A stretch of 64,000 bases of DNA from Azolla caroliniana (taxonomy: Eukaryota > Plantae > Polypodiophyta): positions 15,624,001 to 15,688,000 of the forward strand of contig JBHGNT010000006.1 in the NCBI GenBank assembly GCA_043228905.1, written 5' to 3'. The number at the start of each line of letters is the position of its first letter. Within the stretch, counting starts at the first letter, position 1. This document shows positions 11,412 through 24,100 of this stretch, one piece after another. Below the pieces are notes generated by a model, which made no database searches, was not told the origin of the DNA, and saw nothing but the letters and a program-made list of their open reading frames with translations. The position numbers were made by a program, and so were the translations under genes.

Positions 11412-14216
11412 ATGGCTTCCATCAACTCGGAAGAATATCCCACCCTTGTTGCAGAAATGGAGAATATTAAATCCAAGTTCGCATCTCTTGAATTAGAGAA
11501 TCAACGTCTTCTTGGGGATCTACAAAAGGTTACTGTTGAGAAGCAACAACAAGAAGAAGGGTTTATGTGACGGGTGCAACAACTAGAATCGACAATTGTA
11601 ATTTTACAAAAACAAAGGGTCGAAGGTCAAGGAAGTATTAAGGAGCCCAAAATCAGTCTCCCAGCTAAATTCGATGGTTCAAGGGTGCATTTTCGAGGTT
11701 TCTTGAATCAAGTGTGGTTGGTAATCCAAATGCATCCCATGCGTTATTCAACAGATGCATCACGAGTCGGGTTAGTGGGCACCTTATTGACTGGCATAGC
11801 GTTTTCATGGTTTGCTCCATTACTAGAGACAAATTCTCCTCTACTGCATAATTTCGAGGAGTTTGTCAAAGAATTTAAGGCTTGCTTCGGAGATACAAAT
11901 GGGGCAAGAATGACAATCAACAAGATTCGTACACTTCATCAAGGTGATCAACCAGCCTCAACATATGCAACTAATTTTTATCTCATCGCAAGCGATATTC
12001 CTTGGGATGAACAAGCCCTAATGGAGCAATTTCGTTCCGGTCTTCGTAGTGATGTTTCCCCGAGGATCCAAAATCACTTACAGAAGCTATTAGTCGAGCA
12101 ATACGGTGTGATAATCATCTTTTTGAGCGTCGATGTCGGTGACAACAACAAATAACAGGATCAAGATACACACCAACTTATGCATAAATAATGGCGCAAT
12201 CGTCTCCAAGGCAAACATATAGCCTTGCTCCAACCCCAAGGCAAACACGTAGCCCATCCCCAATGGATAGGCTGACATCCATGGAGATCGATATGCCCCA
12301 ACGTCGAGGACCATTGTCGGACGAAGAGAAGCAACAACACCGAGCAAACCGTTTGTGCTTATATTGCGGAGGTCCAAGACATATACCCATTCATTGCTCC
12401 CATAGGCTGAGACGTCAGTTAAATCAAATTCACTATGACAATAAAAATGAGTCCAACATTTTAGAAGCACTTAATGATTCTAATATTATGAATAATCCAC
12501 CCTTTTCCAATAAGTTTGAAGTCCTAAGCCAATTAGAAGAGGAGTCAAAAGAATAAGTTCGGCCAAAATAGGAGCCATTTGGTTCAACAACCCTAGCTCT
12601 GTACAACCTAGTGTAGATTTTATCCAAGCATGTTAGTAGAGTCTTCTCAACCCAAGTACAAGTTAGGACACTAAGTTGCCAACGTCATGTCCAAGCCCTC
12701 TTAGATACCAGAGCCAATTCTTGTTTCATGGATAGAGATTTTGCCCAAAAACACCAAATATCCTTCCACACACTTCCTTGCCCAGTTTCCATAGTAGTGA
12801 TTGATGGATGTCCCATAGCTTCCAGGAAGATATTCCAAGAGTCAGAGCCAATACACATTCTCTTAAGTGATTTAGAATGTGGAGTTTCCTTTAATATAAT
12901 CCGTAGGCCCGAGCACCCAATTGTCCTTGGTTTGCCATGGTTCGAGCTACATAACCCACAAATAGATTGGAGGAGGCGAGAAATTTGGTGCGCTTCTGCA
13001 AAAAACATCATTGCTAAGGATCGAACCCAGAAGTATTCCCTTAAAGAATATAGTTCTACCAGTGCACCATCTCCGTTTCACCAAATCTCAACCATCACAT
13101 TGCAACAATTGTTCCAAGTTGGGAGGAACTTTTCTTATTTGGAATATCAATGAAACCTTCTAGTGCGACTCAAGGGAATCCAAACATCCAAATTCCCAAA
13201 AAATATCAAGAATATGCTAATGTTTTCGACAAAGTCAAAGCTAGTGTACTTCCAAAGCATCGGCCATACGAATGTCCCATTGACCTCCAACTAGGAAAAG
13301 ATCCACCGTGGGGTCCGATCTACAATCTATTACCAACTGAGCTTGAGGTTCTTCGAGAATACATTGAGGAGAATCTTGCACATGGGTTTATTCGACATTC
13401 AAAATCTCCAGCCAATGCTCCTATATTTTTTGTGAAGAAAAAGAACGGTTCGCTTCGTTTGGTCGTGGACTATCAGGGATTAAATAAAGTCACCATAAGA
13501 AATAGGTATGCTCTTCCTTTAATCTCCAATGTTTTAGCACGCATTGGTGGGGCAAAACATTTTACAAAGATTGATTTAAGGGGTGCATATAATCTTGTTC
13601 ACATTCAACCAAGAGATGAGTGGAAAACAACATTTCGCACTCGGTATGGTCATTTCAAGTATACAATCATCATGCCTTTCGGGCTCACAAAAGCACCTGC
13701 AATTTTCCAACATATGGCAAATGACATTTTCCGGGATTTTCTAGATATCTTTCTCATAATCTATTTAGATGATCTGTTGATTTACTCTAAACCACAAGAT
13801 GAGCATGATATACCTGTCCGAAAAGTACTTGAACGCTTAAGGAAGTATGGGCTGTATGCCAAACTTGAGAAGTGTAGTTTTGATAGCGAACAAGTTGAAT
13901 TCTTGGGTTATACTATTTCATCTAAGGGTATCTTCATGGATCCAGCAAAAGTCAAAACAATATTGGAATGGCAACCCCCACGTTATGTTCAAGACGTCCA
14001 ATGTTTCCTCGCATTTGCTAACTTCTATCGCAAATTCATACGAAATTATTCAAAGATCGTGTTGCCTCTCACCCAACTCAACAAGAAGAATCAAGCATTT
14101 GTTTGGACTGTTGAAGCGGACACAACCTTTACTCAGCTCAAAGAGCAATTCACATCAGCTCCTATATTAGCACATATTGATCCCGAAAAGCCATTTACCA
14201 TTGAAGCGGATGCATT
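11412..14216 (+). pseudogene. gag-protease-RT-partial RNase H of element B
   Basis: KEPKISLPAKFDGSR; LCLYCGGPRH; HPIVLGLPW; RT with YLDD in ORF 13150-14280. Breaks off after EADA. Confidence 0.9.
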
Positions 14217-16671
14217 AGTCAATCTTGGAGAAGACCTATGCACAACGAAGGCAATCAAGGAGCTCTGGGATGAGAGGTAAAGGGTATCGATTACGTAGCG
14301 TGATTTTATTGAGGCCACTGTAATCCACACATAAACGCAAAGATCCATCCTTTTTCTTCACAAACAAGATGGGGCCCCCAACTGGTGACTTAGACGGTTG
14401 GATGAAGCCCTTCTCCAAATTTTCATCGAGATGTGCAAAGAGCTTCTAGTTCTGGTTCAGAGAGACCATAGATGGGCTTTAAGGGTGGAGATTTTCCCTC
14501 CTGTAGATCGATCGGACAATCATATGGTCCATGCTCCGGTAAGTGATCTGCATGCTTCTTCTCGAACAAATCAACAAAGTCACCATATCTGGATGGAAGC
14601 GAGTCCAGATTGGCGGAACCAAAGCTGGGGTACTCGACTCTATGTCATTGCCCATATAGATGGAGTGCATTGTGACTAGGGCATGAGCATCCAAGTGCAT
14701 TGGTCCGAGTTGAATGGCAGAGTGCTTGACAGTAAATGATTCGGGCCATTCTAACACAACGACATTGGAAGCCGCTGCAATCTCCATGTGAGTTTGCGGT
14801 TGAAAAGTAAATGAGTGGTTGTGCCAATCTATACCAGGGTTATTCGCTTTCAACCAAGAGAACCCAAGTATGATTGGATGCTGCGGTGAAGTGATGAGGT
14901 AAAATGATAAGGCCTCCTGATGGGTCCCGAGCTGCAAAATGAGGGGGACCATGGCTTTGGTGACTGCGCCAGAGTAGAGCATTCGCCCATCAATAGCTTC
15001 GACTGAGATAGGCTTGGACAACTGGACAATAGGAAACTTGTGTTTACGAAGGAACTTTTCATCCATAAAACACATCGTGGCCCGAGAATCGAGTAGCGCT
15101 AAGGATTGAATTAAAGTAGACTGGAAACTGAGAGTTACCTCAAAGGAAAAGTCGTTAGTAGAACTTTGGGAGCAACATGTATGTTTGTTGTCCAACCGCA
15201 TGGCTCCTACTGTAGTTGGACATCGTGGTTTTCTGAATGTTGGGATCCACTAGTTGGATTGTCCCTATAGACTTGTCATAGATTTCTTTTGAGTGGGCAA
15301 AAATGAATTAGATGGGTAGAGGCACCACAGTATAGACATAGCCCATTGGTTCGTCGATGGAGTCGTTCGGTTGTGGTGAGTGGGGCTCGAGCTCAATCAA
15401 TTTCCATCAGCATAGGATCATTGAACGATGTCGCTAGAGAAGATCTCGCAGTCACTTGGGGTTGTACCATAGGTTTAACATGGAGAAAGGGTGACCACTT
15501 GGAAGTCACTCGTTCCTCTTGTTGAAGTTCAAAAAGGCGGTTGTCACAACTGACTACTTGCTTGATGGCTTGCGATAATGAAGTCGGCTCTAGGAAGTTT
15601 AGTAGTAGATTCTTAAAATCACTTCGAACGCCCCGACGAAAATGGTCGCAAAGGGCTTGGTCGTCCAACTGAACATCACATGCCAATTGTCTAAATTCAA
15701 ATGCATAAACAGACACTAGATGCTTACCTTGATGTAATGAATAGTTTTTGGTAGGACTTGTTTGACACCGATCCGTATCCCCAAATGTCGCCTCGAACTC
15801 TTCTAGGAAATCAGGAAAATTGTCGAGAAGTGGTGATGATGTTTCGACCAAAGGTGCGAACCAACTTTGTACAGCTCTTGAGAGGAGAGTCCCAACGAGG
15901 CCAACTCGGCAAAAATCATTCACATATCTTTGGGGTTGTAGCCAGCTAATAAGCTTGATCTGATTTATGAACACCTAAAATCACGCCCTTTTGCAATCGA
16001 ACTTGTCGGGTAAACAAACATTGGGTTCTATAGTTGAAGCACGGTCAAGAGGAATTGGAGCGAGGATTGATGAGGGGCCAAGCTCTACAAATTGGAGATT
16101 CCTTGATGTAGGAGGGCACTTGGGTTCTTCATTCTCCAATTCCATTGGAGTCCTAGCTTCGAGTTTCTACAAAGATTCTCATTTTCAAGTTAAAGTTGAT
16201 GCATGGCTGCCAATAGTTTATTTATGTTCTCGATAGAATCTGACATGATAAAGCTTTGGAGATGGAAGGTGAACAAACTGTCATGGACAAGTAAACGAGG
16301 CTCAATACTAAGAGAGTGAGAGAGAGATCCTAAACAAGATAATAAGAAAGAGAGAGAGAAAGTAGTCAAGAGAACAAGAACTGAATTATGATTCTGTAAC
16401 TGGTGTTGTTCACCTTGACTAAGGCCAAGGTGAACCCCTGTATTTATACATGTTTATGGGCTCTAAATGTAGCCCCACGCAAAGACTCATTTTCATGCAC
16501 AAGCTTCTAGAATGTTCTAGCTTCTGGAGCTTTCTAGAAGCTTCTAAAATCCTACATGTAGAATAGATAATCTACAATAATCTAATAAAGTAACATGATT
16601 ATGTATTGGATGTATTGGTTAAAACATATTGATTAAATACAATAGGTCAAGAGTTCGAATCATGACATGAC
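14217..16671 (-). mobile_element. 5' half of Gypsy chromovirus C (5' LTR 16279-16671, gag, protease, start of RT), nested in B
   Basis: ORFs 15393-15974 (gag), 14479-15201 (LLDSRAT protease) and 14236-14418 ([13 protein letters not shown]). A deletion removed the 3' part of C and the RNase H-to-integrase junction of B. Confidence 0.88.
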
Positions 16672-17910
16672 TGTTGTCATGATGCCCCTATGGCTGGACA
16701 TTTTGGTATTGCCAAGAGCATGGAGTTGGTGAAGCGCTCATTTTGGTGACCTAATTTGCAAAAAATTGTCGAAGATTATGTTCGTACATGTGACACCTGT
16801 TATCGAGCCAAAATACCTAGGCATCATTCTTATGGCTTGTTACAACCATTACTGCCTCCAATCAAGCCATGGCAGTCTATTTCTATGGATTTCATTACAG
16901 ATGTACTACCTTCAAAAGGATTTGATACCATTTTAACAATAGTGGATTGCTTTACCAAGATGGCACATTTTTTACCATGTCTAAAGAGTATCAATAGTCA
17001 GGAAACCGTAGATATCGTTATGCGTGAAGTATTTCGCCAGCATGGTCTTCCAGACTATATAATTATTGATTGTGGTCCTGAATTTATCTCTCACTTTTGG
17101 AAGCACCTATGGGTAGACCTCAAAATCTCCTGCAAACTCTCTTTGGCTTATCATCCACAAACCGACGGACAAACATGGCGCACAAATCAAACGCTCGGGC
17201 AATATCTTTGATGCTTCATCAGTTATCAACAAGATCATTGGAGCAATATTCTACATCTTGCTGAGTTTGCATACAATAACACAATACATTCTTTTAACAA
17301 GGTTGCACCTTTCTTTGCATACACCGGTAACAATCCTCGATGGTGTATCTTGGATCTTCCCAAGGTTGCACGAAACCCTAGTGCTGAGCATCATCTTCAT
17401 CGACTACATCGAATCCAGTTAGCGTTATCTTTACATCTTCAGACAACTCAAGCACAACATAAGACCAATGCCGATCACCATCGTCTTAAGTCTCCTTTTA
17501 AGGTTGGTGACCAAGTATGACTGCCCGACCATGTGAGAAGCTTGATTATCAGCGCTAGGTCCTTTTCTCATCATTGCGCGTATTACGATGCCACCTTTCG
17601 TCTTAATCTTCTAGCACACATGCGGTTTCACCCAGTCTTTCATAGCTCTCTTCTGGAACCTTGTCACACCTCTTCTATTCCTAATCGTGTTGTGCCACCT
17701 CCACCCTCTGTCCAACTTGTTAATGGCCCTGAATATGAGGTAGCTGCTATTCTTGATTCAAAGATTATGCGGAATAAGCTCTATTATCGGATTGATTGGG
17801 TTGGCTATCCTCCGAGTGATCGCACTTGGGAACCCATGAATAATCTGCTCAAGCTCTTGTCAAAGACTTCCATCATCGTTATCCAAACAAACTGGGCCCT
17901 ACATTGTTAA
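16672..17910 (+). pseudogene. Integrase-chromodomain of element B
   Basis: CHDAPMAGHFG, ISMDFIT, YHPQTDGQ, EYEVAAILDSK...YYRIDWVGY. Confidence 0.9.
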
Positions 17911-18614
17911 CGACGACTTCCACTCATCGTTCTAGAAGGGGAGATAGTGTCATGAATACATAAGCATCATGGCTTCACTTGGGCTTGAACCCAAGACCTT
18001 GTAATAAATAATCAAGAACCTAACCGTTAGGATAACATATGATTATATAAAATAAGAAAAGCTACTTCTTGTAATAGATTGATTATTGTAAATGTTCTGG
18101 AACATTCTAGAACATTCTAGAATATCCTATAACATCTTGGAATATTCTAGGTCTAGAACATTATAGAAATCACTAGGCTATTCTATAGGAACCTATAAAT
18201 ATGGACATACAATTCTTCTGAAACCAATTCGAATCAACACCAGTCTTAAGCTTTCATCACCTTTCTTGTATCCATCTTCATTCTATCTAACTAATACATT
18301 CATTCTTCTCTTATCACTTCATTCCTCTCTTCTTGTGATATCTTTACATCTTTCTTCTACCATTCTATCTTTTCTCTTGGTTCTGATAGTGATTGCCCTA
18401 GGTCATATTTATACTCATATGAGCTTATGGTTATTTACAAATATAGCCTAAATAGGCTTACTCAAAACATATTTACAAATATGTCTTCTCTTCCGGTTCT
18501 CTCCGGGTCCACCCGATCCAGTTTTCGGATCTCTTCCAATTCTCACCGGGTCCTCTTCATTCATAACCAGATCCCATCTGGAGGGACCGACTTTCCAACA
18601 ATCTCCCCCTTCAC

Positions 18615-21172
18615 TTAGGCATGGGATGTCTCATCAACCTGATCCGCTTTCGGCATGCATCCCACTTGTTGGTTGTCAACACCTTGGTCAACATATTTCT
18701 CCTCCATGTGGATCTTCGTCAACACGAACTCTTGATCTTCTACCTTCTCCCGGAGCTAGTGATATCTCCTCTGGATGTGCTCCGTCCGGGAATGGTAGGC
18801 CGCATTCTTCGTAAGGTGGATGGCACTTTGGTTGTCACAGTAGAACTAGAATTCCCTAGCTCTCCGATGAAGTCCTTCATCCAGATTATGTGCTTGCCGT
18901 CTTCCACAACTGCCATGTACTCCGCTCCGCCTCCGTGGTTGACAACGCAACCATTTTCTGCAGTCTCGATTGCCACGAAACAACTCCCCCTGCATAGGTC
19001 ATGACATATCCGGATGTAGACCAGCTGCTATCTGCATCAGCCGACATATCCGAATCGGTGAAAACTTCCAAGAGGGGTTTACCGGAGCCAAATCGGAGGC
19101 ACATACTCGAGGTGCCTTTCAAATACCGGAGTATCCACTTTACCTCGTTCCAGTGCTCCCTTCCGAGATTACTCATGAACCGGCTCACCACTCCGACTGC
19201 ATATCCGATATCCGGCCGAGTACATACCATCGCGTACATCAAGCTTCCGACAGCAGAAGCATATGGTATCTTCATCATATTCATCTTCTCCGCCTTTCTC
19301 CTCGGACTTCGTTTTCCGGATAGCTTGCAGTTTGCCGGAAGTGTCGATCAGACCGGTTTCGCCTCCAACATGTTGAACCATTCAAGCACCTTTGTCACGT
19401 ACTTTTCTTGTGACAACCACAACAGCTTCTTTGACCGGTCCCGAATGGTGTGCATTCCCAATTTTTGTCTTGCCGGACCCAGTTCTATCATTGAGAAGGT
19501 CCGGTTCAAAGCCTTCTTCAGCATCCGAATCTTGCCTTGGTCTCGTCCGACGATCAGCATATCATATACATATAGGAGTATCAGGAAATCTCTTCCATCA
19601 AATTTCTTCACAAACACGCAGTGATTGACTTGCGTCTTGTGGTACCCTTGGTCGGTCATGAAGGAGTCAAACTTCCTCTACCATTGCCAGGGAGCTTGTT
19701 TCAGTCCGTATTAGCTCTTCTTCAACAGACCCACCAAGTGCTTCTTCCCTTTCTTCTCAAATCCTTCCAGTTGATTAATGTCGATCTCTTCTTCAAGGTT
19801 TCCAAGTAGGAATGTCGTCTTGACGTCCATTTGCTCTACCTTGAGGTCCATGCTTGCCGTTATGCCCAATACGGTCCGGATGGATGTCATCTTTTACTAT
19901 CGGGGCATAGATCTTGTCGAAATCCACTCATTTCTTTTGCTGGAACCCCTTCACCACGATCCGAGCTTTGTATCTCGGTGGGTTTCTGTCATCTGCCGGT
20001 TTTAGCTTGTACACCCACTTGTTCTGGAGTACCCTCTTTCCTTTCCGCAACTCCGTCATTTCAAACGTGTGGTTCTCATGCAGGGAATCCATCTCGTCCT
20101 GCATGGCACTCAACCACTTGCGGTTGTGGGTGTCTCTCTTTGCTTCTTCAAAGCTTTATGGATCCCCTTCATCGGTTAGCAATAAGTGCTCTGCATCCGG
20201 AAATCTCTCGGGGGCTCCTCTCTCTCGAAGAGGATATCGTCGTCCTTCATTTCTGACTATCGGTTCCTCTGTTTGTTCCTCATCCGAGTCTGATTCGGGA
20301 TCTTGTCCAGTTCCGATGTCTTCTTCTTCTTCTTCTTCGGTCGGTTCGGTTTCTTGTCCATATCTGGCCAGTTCATCGAGTGCCATCCGGTTACCGGCCA
20401 ACATCCGGTTTTCAACCGGCTAGGTCCTTGTGTCCTCAGACCGGTTTTCATTGGATGACCCGGAGTTCATCATCTTCTTCTCCGACTCCTTGTCGACAAT
20501 GGTTTTGTCTTCCATGAAGACTATGTCCCGACTCCGTAACACCTTCTTGTCGATCAGATCCCACATCCGGTAACCGAACTTATCATCGTCGTATCCAAGA
20601 AATATGCATGGACGAGATTTTGGATCCAGCTTTGTTCTCTTGTCCTTCGCCACATGCACATAAGCGAGACATCCGAACACCTTTAGATGCCACTAGGACA
20701 CGTCCGTACCGGTCCATACTCTTTGCAGTGTGTCTCCGTCCAAGGGTACTGAGGGTGATATGTTTATCACATAGGTTGCCATCATTAACGTCTCAGCCCA
20801 AAACGTCTTGGGTATCTTTGCATGAGCTAGCATGCTTCAGACTGTCTCCATTATGGTTTGGTTCATCCGTTCAGCCAACTCGTTCAATTTTGGCGTCTTC
20901 AGCACAGTGAATTCGAACCGGATTCCCTTCGACCGACAGTACTCCTCAAACTGCCCTCAATATTCTCCTCTATTGTTCACTCGAACCACCTTCAGCTTCC
21001 GGCCGGTTTCTCTTTCTACTCTTGCGTTGAGCTCCTTGAAGACGGATAACACTTGATCCTTCGTCTTCAGTGGTGAGACCCACAACTTCCGGATGTGGTC
21101 ATCTATGAACGTCACGAAGTACTGCGATTTGGCATGTGACTTCGTGTCCACTTGACACACATCGGTATGCAC
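18615..21172 (-). pseudogene. pol: Copia F pol (integrase-RT-RNase H), degenerate
   Basis: HTDVC..YFVTFIDD; FGCLAYVH; KWVYKLK, YKARIVVKG; LLYVYDM; PYASAVGSLMY; SWQSRLQ..ALSTTEAE. Confidence 0.92.
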
Positions 21173-24100
21173 TGTTAATCCTTAGGGCCAGACAATGGCC
21201 TAACACAGGGTGTCTCCGGAAGACACTTCACCAAAGGGGTGGTACGGCAAGATAACTTAAGTCACAACGATTAATCCAACTTAATTGGCTACTTAGCAAT
21301 AAGGCATTCACTTAATACACACGTAAGATATAACAATTAATATAAAACGGTAATCAATACGTGAAGATAAAACAAGAAGCTTATATTAATTCTCCATCAA
21401 AGTTTTACATTGTAATCGGGCCTTTATATAGGTCACCGGTGCGGCGTACAAAACGGTGCCATCCGGCACCTGTTCGGAACCGGTCCGGATCCGGATCGGC
21501 ATACCGATTCTAGTCCGTCCGTTCACTTCATAATTATATTGTATTCTACTTAATTAAAATAGATTCCGAATAACCATCCCTTTCACATTCTGGTCTTTAC
21601 TCCTTTGTCGGCCAGGTAACACATGGCACGCCCGTGGGACAGTACCTTGTACGTCGAATTCCACTATCCGGCCCTTAGCCTTTGTCCAAGATATCCAAAA
21701 TACTCTGCTCTAGGGTATCCAATGGTTGTTCGGAACTCTGTTGTTGTGGCTGTTTCTCCTCCGACTTTTGCTCCTTAGATGACGTCTGTTCGGCTCCTGC
21801 TACTGGCGCCTTGTCTCCGTCCGGTCCTTGCTTCGGTGATGGCTCCGCATCGCTGAGGTTGAAGGTCGCCGCCTGCTTGGCTTCTTCTCTCCGTAGCCTA
21901 GTCCGTTCATAGCTTTCAAACTGGATTTGAGCATCTAGTCGATCATCATCTAGCTGTGCTACAAGTTTCCAGACCACTGCTGACTGTTCCTCTGCCAAAG
22001 TTACAAAATCCTCGGCTAACTCATCTCTTACGACAGTGAAGTCCTCCTTTGTTAGCATGTAGCAGTCGTCGCCATCCTTCTGCCGGTTTTCCGCGTCCGC
22101 CCTTACCAACTAGAGCTCGGCTGTGTGCTTTGCCCATTTGTCCCACCATTGCGGGGAGCTTTCGTCAATCAAGCGTTTGGTCTTGTTCCTCCATGCCTGG
22201 ACAATGAACTGGATCTGCTCCAATCCCATCTTCGATTTGACCTCCACGGCTTGTCGTTCGTCCTTGAACTGCTTGATCAATGCCACTATATCCACCTCCT
22301 GCTCTCGGTAATGTGACAATTGGGTTTGATAGGTGTTCTGCAGCCTTTGCAATACCATTGTCGCTCTTTCCTTCTCTTCATAATGATGCTTATGGAGCTC
22401 CATCCGTTCTTGCGCGGCTTCCTCCAGCAGCGTGGTTCTTTCAACCCGTTTCTCCACTAGCGTCGTCTCAACTCGATGCACCTCTTGCCGGAGCTATGCC
22501 ATCTTCGCCTACTGTTTCTTATGCTCCGTATCCAGGTGCTCAAAATCATCGGTCTTCTGCTTCAGCTTTTGGTTGAGTTGCCGGCGAGTGCGGTCTTCCT
22601 GATCCTTCTGTTGAAGGAGTTCTTCTTTCAGTCTTTCGAACTCTATTTCTGCCATCTGTCGCAGCTTCTCCTTTTCCTGCAGCCCCTTCTCTTTCTCCTC
22701 CTTCAGCCGGTCATAGGCCTGATGTCCTTTCCGTAGATTCTCTTCTGCCTGGCGGTGGTTCTCAGAAGTCTTTCGTTGCTCTTCTTTTGCCGCTTTCTTC
22801 AAGTCCCACTCTTGGGTGCGTAATGCTTCCTGTGCGGCCAGTTCATCTCTCAATTTAGCAAGCTCTTTTGCTTGCGCAACCACTATCTCTGGGACTGGTT
22901 CTGTCTTCGATGTCTTATTGCTATGTATAGGTGCCGGTGTTTCTTTATTCTGTACATCTACCGGAGTCACCGGTACTTGGATCGGTGGTCCGGTTAAGGC
23001 CATTTTAGCCAATTTATCTATGGCCAGGTCCAAGTCTTGTTCTAAGCTTTGGATCCTTGACCGGGCCGTCTCTAGTTCTCCGGTTGTGACGAGCAACCGG
23101 TCCACCTGCGCTTTCTCTTCCGCCTCTATGTAGTGTACGCTCTCCAGCAAGTTCAAAGGTGCTTGCCTTCTGGCGCTGCTGGAGGTGCTCTAACAGTTCC
23201 TCCTCCGCTTCCTCCTACTGAGTCCCGATGTTGATTTTCGCTGCCAAGGGGTCCGACACTTGTTGAACCGGTCAGTGAAGCCTGATCTTGATTGGCCGTG
23301 TCGGTGGCTCCTCCTGCATTTCCGCCTGCCGCTTCCTATTGGCGCGCGCCTGGTCCCTGTTGGCCGCCTTCCCTTTGGTTGCCTTAGAAGCCAACATCTG
23401 TTGCCGTTTTCGGGGTGCCTTCGGTTGTTCTTCCCCGCTTCGTGGTCTTGACGAGCTTGATAGGTGGTGCCAATAGGGTGAGCCATTGCGCCACTGCCGT
23501 CCATATCTTCCGACCCTCCTTGCCTCTGATAGAGTCGATGGCCGCACAGAGGCCATTTGCAATCAGTACCAGCTAGTCCACCTCTCGCCTTCATATGTTG
23601 CTATGATTAAGTCGGCCCGGTTCTGAGGGATGCACAGCGGTCGAGGGTATACATGTCCAAATTCATGGAGCACCCAGGCAATCTCTTGAAAGAGTGGATC
23701 TCACCCAGGCAATCTCTTGAAAGAGTGGATCTCCACCACCCTGTGTCCGGTAGGCCTTGCTCGCTAGAGAATATTCCCCAAAATATTTTCGGAGCTGCTC
23801 CGGGGTAGGGTTGTTGATAGCGAAGATGCCCACTTCCAGAAGGCCAATCAACGCATGGATGGCCTCCTCCGTGTCGATTTCTTTGACTATCTTCTCCGCC
23901 TCCCGGTGCGATGGTGCCTCCATGATTGTGAGGAAACCTTCTAACCCGTGTTGCCTTAGCCACTTCTTGGCTACTTTAGAGAGTGCTTGACAGTCCATGG
24001 CTTCGTCGAGGTCGGTGAGTGCTAGTGAGGGTTGTGTGTGAGGAGGCTCTGTGTGCGTGGGGTCGTGTCTGCTGATCTTCAATCGCCTGTCTACATTTCT

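Larger units (their letters stand above)
10878..18388 (+). mobile_element. Gypsy chromovirus B inserted in the 3' LTR of Copia F
   Basis: LTRs 10878-11330 and 17948-18388; TSD GTGAT at 10873-10877 and 18389-18393 (the uninterrupted site is seen at about 34634); PPT AGAAGGGGAGATAG at 17934-17947. Confidence 0.95.
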
